From NCBI RefSeq assembly GCF_000150275.1, contig NW_002060943.1, positions 13,174,353 through 13,238,352 of the forward strand: a stretch of 64,000 bases of DNA. Reading direction: 5' to 3'. Origin of the DNA: Trichoplax adhaerens (taxonomy: Eukaryota > Animalia > Placozoa). The first letter of the stretch is position 1. Each line of letters starts with the position of its first letter. A program made the position numbers and the translations under genes. A model generated the notes under the pieces. The model made no database searches. It was not told where the DNA came from and was given only the letters and a program-made list of their open reading frames with translations. This document shows, piece by piece, positions 24,750-36,969 of the stretch.

Positions 24750-27700
24750 TTAAATTTCAGCTTGACAGGTAAAATTAAGATTTCGAACTGGTACTGGGCT
24801 TTTCGATAATAGCCGCTGATGTAATTTAAAAATCTTTTCCGGCGTATCGAGTCTTTTCTTCGCTGAAGATCGACGTTGAGATTTTTCCTCGTAATGTTTT
24901 AGGTGCGCTGTAGTATCGCCTTTCTGCTTTTGAACATGAGATAGGCTGTCATCATCATTGACTGTATGATTATTATATTGGTGAGCAGTTTGACTTGAAT
25001 CTGGGGGATGATTTCTGGAGTTAATTTCATCATTTGACGAAATTTGGATAGTTTTTGGTGGATGTTTAATTGTACTAATACTCTCTGCTTGTATGTCATT
25101 TACTGCTGTTACATGATTAGCATTGTCCAACATCATTTGTGCCTGTGCAAGATCAGACATGTTATCATCATTAAAATGGAGAGTATCATAGTCGTTATTA
25201 CTATGATACGGTTGTTGATGTACTTCAGCGTGCGCTGTAAATTGATCATTATTGTTATCGGCCTGGTTGGCGCTTTCATTGCCTCTCAATTCTTCATTTA
25301 AGTACTGCTGTTGGTTATAATGCATTTGGTTCTGGTTTTGATCATCAAAGACTGGGTTATCTATACCGGCATAATTTCTGATTTGGTTTGACTCTGATTG
25401 ATCACCTCCATTGGTATAATTACTACCGTAATGATTATATTGTGAATCACCATCATAGTCAGCATTTAGATCTCCATGGTTTTCGTCATATTGTACCATA
25501 TCATATAAGTCATCTTCTTCATCAACTTGATTATGTGCTATATTAAAATAAAGTTGTTATTAATCATGCAGTAGAATTATCAACTGCTACATCTAGTACT
25601 GTATAATGAAAGCTGTCAAATAGACACTACTTTTGCTCTAGAATATTACGAAATAGTAATGCTGCCAATAGTGGCAGCCAAATTTTGATCGAAAGGATAA
25701 TACCAAAACTAACAAACCTTCGTGATATATACTATCAGATTCTTCTAATTGCTCTTGGCTAGCAGATAGATTTGCACTATTTCGATCGTCGAAGTCCGCT
25801 GGGGATGGCATTGGACCGTATCGATCCGCATGATACAGTCCTGGGCGAGACCCAACCTGACTGTCATCTTCAGGTATTTCATCACGGTACAGTCCGTTAT
25901 CATCGTTATCATCAGCGACTTCATCAGGCTCAGCTATACCATTGTTTTGGAATTCATCGTCATGATTAGGAGAGTTTCCATTGGTTAGATTCTTGATTTC
26001 ACGAGACAATACAAGAGCATACAAATTAATCGTAATTTAAATTCTTAATTTTATAATATTGACAGTGATGTGGTTTTAGACTTAAATCTATGGACTACTA
26101 TGAAACTTACTGTATTTATTACACCGTCAGAGGTACTCGTTGAAGATATCGCTGTCGGTCTGCGATTTCCAGCACTGACAATTTTTTCATCAATATTTAC
26201 GTCTATTATTATTAAATATCAAAAAAATTTTTGCATAAATTTTTTTCATTCTATTAGAACGAAATGGCAATTCATAGGTAAATGAACATAGAACCCGTCC
26301 GATTGTTGTTACGAAATATCGTACATGTGGATTAGTTTTTCATGCTATAGTAATACTTTAAGCAAAATTTCTACATTGATTCTACTAAACTGATAGTCAA
26401 AATAACTAACGAATGAGATATATAACTGCCATCATATTAACAACAATAGCGCATCGTCAAATCTAAGTAAAGAAATAATTCGGTATAGTCTCTAACAGAG
26501 GGAAATTGACATATTTGCTAAGCTTTACGCTAATATTACAAAATGTATAATTTAATACCGCTATTTTCGACTGTAATTGATCTTTCTTCTCTTCCATTAG
26601 CTACCGCAAGATGTGCCAACTGTGCCTGGAAAAGTCGTTGACTTTTACACAATTCCGTTAAATCTTTTGTCCTGTTGGAAAATAATAATTTTAAAACTTG
26701 TCATGATTGTTTTGCTATGCACGGGTAGTCATTGTTCATAGTTGACTGCTTGAGCATCGCATATAGCCTTGCAACTTACTTTTTGCTATCTACAATAAAG
26801 AATGTTAGCTCGCCGATTTTTGAATCACTGTGAGGCCGAATTCGAAGCCTCTTTTTCTATAGCAACATAAAATCGAAATTCAAGATCTAAAAGACGGGCT
26901 TAATTTTAACGTAACATGTATCCTACATCAAAGTTAAATTGCTGCTATAGCATGAAATAGATTTATGGCGTACTTTACAAATTTTAATAAATTTCTATTC
27001 ATTAAACAATACCTCAAGGCTTAGCTTTCCGATATCGTTCCAATCACTACGATATAATTCACGTTTGGATTGGCTTCGAATCTATTACACGAAAGAAAAA
27101 TACCTCTTTAGCAGCAAAATTTTGACGAGAAAGTTAGTTTTGAACGAATTATTAACAGCACAACATGGCACAGTTCAATTTTAACCAATTGTGATGTTGT
27201 GTTGTTTAAGCAAAGACAGTCACATGTCTGCAATTGTCTTGTGCCAATATTATAAAAAGAATTCCAAGAAATTTAACGAAACAATATTTATTTTTACTTC
27301 AAATACAAACCTCATGAACTAATAATCCACGAGCACCAATGCCGAGCCATACTGATGGTTTCTTATCAGTCTTATTCTATTTACGGTATATAAATATAAT
27401 GCAATTAGCTAATACTGAAAATCAATACATAACAGGCCTAGTATGAAATTAAGTACTGAAAGTGTTCAGGACTTACCTTTAGCAGTTGATAAAAGTGATA
27501 ACCGTAGTCTTGTAGGGCTGTTACTTCCTGTTGGTTTATTAATTAAAATCGATAATTGAGAGTCTTTTATCATCAAATTACTTAAGCTATCAGCTAACGC
27601 AACTAACCTGGATATAGAGAAATTTGGCCTTTTTACGAGACATGCCTAAGTGATCACGATGTACATTAGGTAAATAGCGTAAAATAAAATTTCTTGATCT

Positions 27701-30503
27701 AGTCTCGATGACCTATAAATGAATTCCAAATAGCTTGTATGAGTGCAAGATTTGTAACATATTGGAATAATTTCATCTCTTTTTCGTCCGTCATAGACAT
27801 AGTGCAATTTTAAGTATAATATAATCAATAAAAATTTCTATCAGATCCGATATCAATTGCAGTTTGTACGGATATTTCACTAAAACATTTAACGTTTTAG
27901 ATTACATTGCATTGTATAAGTTACAGAAAATATTTCTATATATAAATTAGTTACCCATGGTGGAAAGTACTGTTCTGGATCGAAGTATTCTCCTGAACAG
28001 TTTGTAAAATCACCAAAATCTGCTTGTAGCGCATAAGAGGCCAATTTAAAGCACAATTCTTCGGTACAAGAAATGTAGCACCGAACGATATTTTTTTTCA
28101 ACTGCAAATAGTATTGATTTCTGGTAGTATCTTCCCTAGTTGATTAAGGATTTAATATGAACGTTACATATTGCATAGATAGGATATTTGGCTAGAAATC
28201 GTACAGTAGTACCATTAACCGTATACAACGGATAGAAAATATTTCAATCTTAAGAATACGCTTAACTGGTGATTATGACTGTGCTATCTCATATACCGTA
28301 TTATCATTGTTAGCCAGTAAATTGAATTTAAGTAATAAAATTTGTTAATTTCCAAATGCGCACAATACATTACATTGCATTACGTCGAAAGAATAAGTTA
28401 TACCAGATACGTATTGTCTAACAGGCATAGTAAACAAACATTTCCCCTATTTCTACATTAGAAATAATAAATATAGGAGCTATCGCGAGAGACTTACTGA
28501 ATTTTCGTAACACTATCGGTATAAAATTGGACACGAAAATATAAGATGAATCCTGTTGAAGGATCTTTAGATACCTAAATGTTGAAGACGTTATATTTTA
28601 TTCTTTTGAACAAATTAACTGCGGTGCAGGAAGTTAACAAAGATTATACTTTGAGAAAAAGCATAGTTAACGAGGATTAAAATTGATCACTTGATTACCT
28701 CTCCTTTTACTTTGCTAGGAGCATATTTAGATATTCTCTCGTTTAAATCAATTAAATAGTGCTCTCCATCTGTTGAAGATTTTATGGCGACCATATCGGA
28801 TGATGACGAAAGAAAAGATGAAAAAAATTGAATAAGTATGTTGTGTAAATCTGACTTCATCTGGAAATTATTGTTTTGTAAATGTAGGATTAATATCTAT
28901 GCGGCTGTTGTTATCATTGAAAAGGCTACAATATTTGGTAATAATATAGAACGCTGGCGTTATAGCATATTTTACAATAAATGCCGCCAAATTATTTAAG
29001 TATGATTGGCGAATCATTGTTATAAAATTGTTTAAATTGCTTCCTAATCATTTCAATCTATTAGAAAATATTTATTTCATCTCTAGTGATAGTAATAAAG
29101 TAAGATATCACCGGTTATCAATTTCGGCATTTTGATCTTAATTAAAAGAGTCAAAACATGGATAACATGCATAGTATACTGGAATTTACAATAAGTCTAG
29201 GAAACAGTGATGTTAATGCTATGATAGGTAAGGTTGTACATTTAAGAAAGAGATGGAGGTACTAAAGAAAAAATTTTTCCAGTCCAATTAAGACATGGCG
29301 AATTTTAGAGCTATTGCTGATAGTTCAATCAATGATAGTGGGAGAGATGTACTGTAATCTTTCCTATTTTCGTAGTCTAAGCACTCACTATAAATAAAAT
29401 AGTTTGTAGAACAGATTAATTATCAGAAATATATTTTTACGTTAAAATAAAAAGGGTTTCTTTTATAGTGAAAAATTGTGTTGTTTGTGACGTCTAGAGA
29501 TTGAGGCGATAATGGCAAGTCCAAGATTGAGCTATTTTCAATTTATAGAACTATGCTTACCTCGAAGTTGAGTTAAACCAAATAAGTAAGTTTCACGTAT
29601 TGACAAGGAGGAAGCAATACGTTCAAGAAGGTCCTTTCCTGTTGTTTTATTCTAAAAAAGATAAATTAAAATGATAATCTAAATAGGCTTATAGATATCA
29701 TTCCGATCTACATTCACATCTTGGCAGATTAACGATAGTGTGATATAACTAACGAGCGAGCAAATGATAATCAATTAAAAATCGACTGTAGAACGCTGAC
29801 AATTTACTCGACTATGGTCTAATTACTATGACGCCTATACTACTCGTACGAGATGAATCTAGATCAATTCTAGGAATTTATATTAGCACTGTATTCAATT
29901 TAATTTTAGCCATTTATCAGCTATCCTAAGGCAAAATTTATTGAACGGCTAAGGAGTTACCGATTGCGTTGGTTATACTACTGTACTGTATGGTATATAG
30001 TTGAGGAACAAGCAACTATTGTATACTGGTGGTTACTTTAGTATAGATGATGAACTTTTATTTTCCCAAATTAAATCTAGTCATTATTCATCACTAGTTT
30101 TTTGATGTATGCTTTACATCTCCATTACATGTATTTAATCATCAAATGAGATCTATTTTATCTTGTTATGTGATACAGCAGAAGAATTGAATACGCTAGA
30201 TAAACCAGTAGAATTTGTAACATACGAGTACTGTACATTATAGCGTGATTGTACTGCATAGCATCGCTCAAGGCAAAAAAATTGGAATGTTATATAAGGT
30301 TAATAGTGTTAATGGAATACAGTAGATTATCGTTTAACGGAAATAAGATAGCTTTACTAGAAAGTAGGCGTTATTCAAGTGGCGATAATTCATGGAATCA
30401 ATATAAATAACTGCAAAGGAGTCGTACTTACATCATATGGAAATTTTTGAGCGTCATCTTTTAAAAAGACGATAGTGATAAATTTCGGTTGTGAGCCTCG
30501 CAT
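24750..30503 (-). CDS. FRMD6: FERM-domain protein, FRMD6(Willin)/FRMD1/Expanded-like, ~14 coding exons, with an acidic Asn/Gln-rich tail
   Basis: GT-AG exons splice in phase: MRGSQPKFITIVFLKDD (30503-30432), KTTGKDLLERIASSLSIRETYLFGL (29651-29561), GEHYLIDLNERISKYAP (28769-28699), FILYFRVQFY, YYLQLKK..LASYALQADFGDF..YFDPEQYFPPW, VIETRSRNFILRYLPNVH, DYGYHFYQL, VWLGIGARGLLVHE, then tail exons ~26111-26202, ~25718-25991 and ~24750-25537. EH..DL..K/RISKYAP and YF.PE.YFP.W are recalled as FRMD6/Expanded signatures. Orthology is inferred. Confidence 0.8.
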
Positions 30504-32624
30504 CTGTAATGACGATAAATAAAGAAATGGATGATGATGTTTGCTGTTACCATTTATTCGATTTAGTTTACAGATGTTAACGTACTCGGAATTTCAGTTT
30601 GCTTATTCAATCAAGAAAACGTTTTAAAGGCACAGTAAAATAATTGTAAGGAGTCAATGATAAAATGAAAGCAGTTGTTACGAGTTCTAGTTTGTACAAT
30701 GTTTTCGGAAATCCTAGTATAAATGGCTTAAGAAAATTTTCAATTTTTATCGTGAGAGATGTATCGTTGTCAATTTTTTCCACGGATTATACTTCAATGT
30801 TTAAAAGCAAAGTAATGCTTGATTAAGTCTTCAACTTGACATCGATCATACACCAGGTTGTCAAAAAATTGGATGAATTTCGATATGGTAAATCACTTGC
30901 TGTACCAGAAGTGTGGTTGCACGATGAGTACTAATCACTAGACCAATGTCAATCGATTCTTAAAACAGAGAGCCCTATCCGATGAAGGGATATATCACAG
31001 AGGGAAAACTCTTTTTTTTTTTTTTCAATCTATCTTAATTAATACGCAGTATTATGAAAAATTTACTGTTTGACAGCAAAGGCGATTGCAGCCATACAAT
31101 AACGGAATGACAATGCATACAGTTATTTTCAGAGACGGCATCCAAGTTGGTTCTCCATGGGGGAAGTTATTAACCTTTTCTTTATTGACAAGGTAATAAT
31201 GTCTGAAAAATCATAAAACACGCAGCTTGGTCCTCCCTATAGCATTCCAGCTACAGAAATTGGCTAACGTACTATCGACTTTTTTGTTCACTGTCAGTAC
31301 CAGTAAAATAGGTCAAAAAATAGTGCGTATCGACTGTCCTCTATCTTACACGACCGTATTAGTCAAGGAATTGCCTAGCGGGATATCAACTGCTTCACTT
31401 ATTATTTCAATTGGACAAGTTCCAATATTGAAAAGATTGACTTTCGTTGGAATTGGCAAAGAGTAAGCTCCAAGGGTTGCCTTCTAACATAGGCAGCCAT
31501 TTTGGCAAAATACGACTCCATTAATTCAATGATGAGAGGATTGAATTATTGACTACGACATTATTGACTTACTACTTTGTAGACGGATAGACATCATACG
31601 CGTATATAAATAATTTCGGTATTTTTTTCTTTGAACAATACAAGCTTGTCCAGGGATCATTTCAATTTCACTAAGGTGTAGTTCCATTTCATTGAAAATG
31701 TGAGAAATAGAGTAAAAAATTGAGGAAGGAATGGCTGAAAACTACCGGTCCCCCAACATTTCACTGACAATCATTTTTTATTTATGTCATATCGATGGTG
31801 AAGTCAGTTGGCAGTCGTTGCCCCCTACGACGAGTCAATCGTTCTCGGACTTCCACTAGTGGTTTCCCATGAAAGGACAATCAAGAAATGGGATGTAGGA
31901 ATGGACTACCAAAGTGCAAAAGTGAATTTAATATAGAAAATCAAGCAGATTGGTATTCCTCTATGTTGTATGATCAAGGTCAACTGGTCCCTGATGATGA
32001 GTAATTTCTAATTAAGCCATTTCTGTTTGGGATATAAGACTTGAATGAGAAAAACACGGCAATTAATCTTCTCCATCACCTGTGGTGTCCTATCATGGGT
32101 ATGAGGAGGACTGTATCATAGTGTAGACACCGACGACCGATTAGGAGGATGTGGATACACACCGTCTCGACTTCAATGCGCTCACTTGTCAAAGTTATTG
32201 TACAACACGGAAAGAAATACTAAGCCAGTAATGGTAGTTTAATGGTTACACAAGTATATTCAATGAGTAGTAAAATCAATCAGAAAGCATCCAAGGTGTT
32301 ATATAAAAATAAATAAAATCAATAAAACCAAAGGAAAAATGGTCATGATGCGCGACGCGATACAGTGTTGCAATGAATCTTACCTTGACAGATTTAAGCT
32401 AATGATACTGTAGGTGATAACAACGATAGCCAACTACATTTAGGATAAACGCACTTAGTCTATCTCGATGATCGTATTGGATTCGCTTTAAAAGACGACA
32501 GTTATTCTTTCATTGGGCTTAATTTCTTGGATTAAATTGCAGTTTTTGGCGTGTCAGTTTGTGTTGAAATGGTCAATGTTTGAATTTCGCTTTCTTGAAT
32601 TTACTGCCAATTTGTAGATTGCTA

Positions 32625-32940
32625 GCGTACCGCACGGTAGGGCGTACACTGTACAGTATCGTTTTCAGGGCAGTGCGGCATAGCGATGCAGTGACGAACA
32701 CCACGCACAGTGTACAGTACTGTAGTACAGAATCAACACTGTACATTGTACACTGTATAGTACAGTACATTCTACAAGTATTTACAGTACATTACCGTAC
32801 TGTACACTGTAGACAGACCTTATAGTACTGTACTGTATAGCTACAGCGCAGTCCTTGCAAAAAAGTGTAGTGTGCAGTACTGTACGGTACTACTGTATGT
32901 GCACTACTGTACCGTACTGTATGACATAATACTGTACAAG
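32625..32940. repeat. Low-complexity tract of ACTGT/ACAGT/GTAC words (self-complementary)
   Basis: Dense CTGTACAG, TACAGTAC and TACTGTAC motifs. Confidence 0.8.
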
Positions 32941-32993
32941 AAACACCAGAGTCTGTAGTGTGGGCATGTTTATACACCTGTTTTCTCTAATGT

Positions 32994-33170
32994 GCCGCAT
33001 CCGCCTTTTCGAGAAATGACTAGTCTATCGTATCGAACTTCGGCCAGTAAGGCATAGTGATGCATTGGCCATTTTGATACTACACCAAAGACAGTTAATG
33101 TTGAACTGTTTTTCTTTCCTCTACCTCTATCATTTACAGATGGACTAGACTGGTCACGGTACGATGCGGT
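32994..33170 (+). ncRNA. Candidate structured RNA island C: four-way junction (unassigned)
   Basis: GCCGCATC/GATGCGGT and TGACTAGTCTA(33017-27)/TAGACTGGTCA(33146-56) close three arms: GTATCGAA..GGCCAGT..GCAT/ATGC..ATTGGCC..TTTGATAC, AAAGACAGTT/AACTGTTTTT and TCTATC/GATGGA. The wobbles are all G-U on +. Confidence 0.5.
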
Positions 33171-33280
33171 TATGGACCACACCCGTTTTTGCTTATTTCC
33201 CGACTTTTGAAGCGTGATGTCATTGACTCAGTGGTGAAGTCAAGCCATCAATCTAATACAGACGTACAGACTGCAGACAA

Positions 33281-34656
33281 ACCTGAATGTTTGATAGACA
33301 AGGACTGTTAGGAGTAAGCATGAAGCAACGTATCATTTCTACATATAAAAAATCATACTGTGCCTTCAAGAGGTAATGGGAAGTTTTGACTAAAAGGAAA
33401 GAGTCCAACTAGAAAGGAACAGACTCAAGCAGCCATAAAATGGAATGATTAAGCGAATGCAGTGCAGTAACACTACATTATGAAACAGATACAGTAGTTG
33501 ACAGATGTACAAACCCTGAATGTTTGATAGACAAGGACTGTAAGCAGTAAGCATGAAGCAACGTATCATTTCTACATATAAATCATCATACTGTGGCTTC
33601 AAGAGGTAATGGGAGGTTTTGACTAAAAGGAAAGAGTCCAACTAGAAAGGAACAGACTCAAGCAGCCATAAAATGGAATGATTAAGCGAACGCAGTGCAG
33701 TAACACTACATTATGAAACAGATACAGTAGTTGACAGATGTACAAACCCTGAATGTTTGATAGACAAAGACTGTAAGCATGAAGCAGGGTATCATTTCTA
33801 CTTATAAATCATCATACTGTGGCTTCAAGTAGTAATGGGAGGTTTTGACTAAAAGGAAAAGAGTCCAACTAGAAAGGAACAGACTCAAGCAGCCATAAAA
33901 TGGAATGATTAAGCGAATGCAGTGCAGTAACACTACATTATGAAACAGATACAGTAGTTGACAGATGTACAAACCCTGAATGTTTGATAGACAAAGACTG
34001 TAAGCATGAAGCAGGGTATCATTTCTACTTATAAATCATCATACTGTGGCTTCAAGTAGTAATGGGAGGTTTTGACTAAAAGGAAAGAGTCCAACTAGAA
34101 AGGAACAGACTCAAGCAGCCATAAAATGGAATGATTAAGCGAACGCAGTGCAGTAACACTACATTATGAAACAGATACAGTAGTTGACAGATGTACAAAC
34201 CCTGAATGTTTGATAGACAAGGACTGTAAGCAGTAAGCATGAAGCAGGGTATCATTTCTACTTATAAAACATCATACTGTGGCTTCAAGGAGTAATGGGA
34301 GGTTTTGACTAAAAGGAAAGAGTCCAACTAGAAAGGAACAGACTCAAGCAGCCATAAAATGGAATGATTAAGCGAACGCAGTGCAGTAACACTACATTAT
34401 GAAACAGATACAGTAGTTGACAGATGTACAAACCCTGAATGTTTGATAGACAAAGACTGTAAGCATGAAGCAGGGTATCATTTCTACTTATAAATCATCA
34501 TACTGTGGCTTCAAGTAGTAATGGGAGGTTTTGACTAAAAGGAAAGAGTCCAACTAGAAAGGAACAGACTCAAGCAGCCATAAAATGGAATGATTAAGCG
34601 AATGCAGTGCAGTAACACTGCATTGTGAAACTGATACAGTAGTTGACAGATGTAGA
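33281..34656. repeat. Tandem array, 226-233 bp unit, 6 near-identical copies
   Basis: CCTGAATGTTTGATAGACA at 33282, 33515, 33748, 33975, 34201 and 34434. Units differ mainly by a 7-bp CAGTAAG indel. Confidence 0.96.
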
Positions 34657-35119
34657 AATGGCATCTTAATTTGCATCTATTTAAATGTACAGTTAACGAT
34701 CGAATAGAATAAACAATACCCGTTCATTTTTCCATAGTCAATACCAGCACCTTCGAGAAACAATCGTTCATTTAAAATTACACTCTATAATCCACTTTCA
34801 TAAGGCATTGCTGCTAGAGAGAGGTCTCATCGCCATAATATTAGTCATTTCAACGTTGTTAAAGAGACAAAAAGTACATAATAGTGGGAGAGGAGAAGAC
34901 GATACGGTAGTTAAGCTTCCTAATACGGTTACAATTTGATCATAGTCGAAATATAGAAATCAAAAATGGCTCAAGAGTGATTTAACATCCTCGTACAGTT
35001 GGAAAAACAGAAAGCAAAACAGTCTATTATTATGATATATAGACCGCTAATAGCAGTATAGCACAACTATTGTGCCATGATAAGAGTATTTGAAGGATAC
35101 GGATACATATATTACTCAC

Positions 35120-36475
35120 CTCAATTCTTCTCACTTAGGGCTTGCAATCCTTACTTTTAAAATGGATCTAAACAGGAAGGAAATCAAGGCAAACAGGGTG
35201 TTGGTGATTATCTTCCAGTAACTATAGGCGCATCTTTACTCATGTCCACGATAGATATTTGCGAATGTCATCAATTCATTGCTATTGCTCGTAGTAAAGA
35301 CGAAAATGTCAAACTTGACAATTACAATTGAAGCGATTATACTGACTACATGGCTTTTGCATTTCTTCTTAAATACAGTAACAATATCTATTAATACTCT
35401 ATTTGGGCGGTGGTTGCTTCTTGAATTGATTTTTATGCCTGGCTAGATTCAACTAATTTGCTTTTATGCTAGTACACGAATTTCATTGTACTCACTAGCA
35501 TATTTTAGGCTTTATTTAAAGTGCCTGCGAATCAAAGAAGTGATGAGATCATCAAGAGCTTGTTATCTAGATTGGTATAATAAACCTTGACAATACCTAT
35601 CCTAGTTTGAATCATTTCGTTAAGTAATTAGAGTGATGACGTAGATTCTATGTATAGAATTTTGTTTTCTTAGTAGTATTTCCATGACTCATTGGAATCC
35701 GGTTATTCATAGTTGCAGGTATTCCACTAGAAGGAGTAATATACTGTTGGGGCAAATTGAGTAGTTAACAATGACTGACAGATTACAGCAATTACGGCGA
35801 TAGATTTGTAGTAGTTAATGTAAATTAATAGTAGAATGATTCAATAACTTATGATAGTGATCTTGATTTCGTATATGTATTTTATTACGATTGATGCAGT
35901 TTAAATTATAACTTCTAGCGAAGATAAGTTACCCGGTAATAATCGTTTTAATAAGAATGAAAGGCTAATTTTAGTTATTTATAACACCACCATTGATGAA
36001 ACTGCAACATAGTAGCTAGTAATAAGTCCTAAACAATGGAATTCTTGGTCAGATATTAAAATGTTAAATGATGAAGACGCCATATTTAAAAATCTTACCA
36101 TATGGTGCCAGTATATTAAAGCAATGGAGTTGTAAAAGTTTTAATATAGAGACCTATTTATGTCGGTCGATGTACACTTGTACAGTGTAGTTATTGTAAA
36201 GGTTCTCAAATCAAAAGGTAGTCCATTTTGCACTACAGAACAGTAATGAAGTGCTCTATCATAATGAATACAGAACACTGTAGTACGCACTGCTTCCTTA
36301 TGTATTAGCTCCATTTAAATGGTATAAAGATTATAACGATAAAGATAATTAGATTCGACTTATTTTTTGTTGGGCTGGCATTTCTTACCGGAAGGATATA
36401 TGCCGTTTGCTTATTCTGATATAGCTTAAAGCAAGAGTTCAGAGTATTTTTTACAAGCAGCATCATGCATTGCGA
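35120..36475 (-). other. Putative small minus-strand exons (distal 5'UTR of the FERM gene or a lncRNA)
   Basis: Exon-like units 36475-36389 (CCG|GTAAGA), 36153-36099 (ATG|GTAAGA) and 35167-35120 (TTTCCTTCCTGTTTAG| ... GAG|GTGAGT; stops in all frames). No recognisable protein. Confidence 0.35.
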
Positions 36476-36969
36476 CTGTTAGCATACGTATTGAATATAT
36501 AATAGCTGTAGCTTATAAGAGCTAACGGCATAACAATCAATAACAAAATATTGTTCTTCTTTTGAATAAAAATATTTACCAAACATACGAGCGAGCCCTA
36601 TAATACTGCTCTACAACATCTTAATCTTATTATTATTTTTATCCAATTTATTCTGTAGCCGTACATCAGCTTGATCAGGAGTTGATTGATTTAAAAGGGT
36701 AGCTTCAATTTGCTGCTGGCAATATCAAAGTTAAGCGTCCAACGCATAGGTACTAGTTATAGCTCATGGTGGTTTAAGAAGAAATCTTTGATGTACCTTT
36801 ATTATATGCGTGACGTATACAGTACAGTAGATGAATAGCTCTAGAAAGCCATTCCGTGGTCAGATTTGAGAGCAATAGATACTGTAAATATTTGTTTTCT
36901 TGCAGCCAGTTTAGAAATTTACCGAAAGGTCTACATCGATTTAATAGCTCATCTTGATGTAAACACTGT

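Noticed and set aside
31651-31663. CAGGGATCATTTC resembling U3 snoRNA box A
   Set aside because: Boxes A', B, C and D are not found in the right order or spacing.
31992-31998. CTGATGA hammerhead core
   Set aside because: No stem II and GAAA follow. The same holds for copies near 57980 and 59966.
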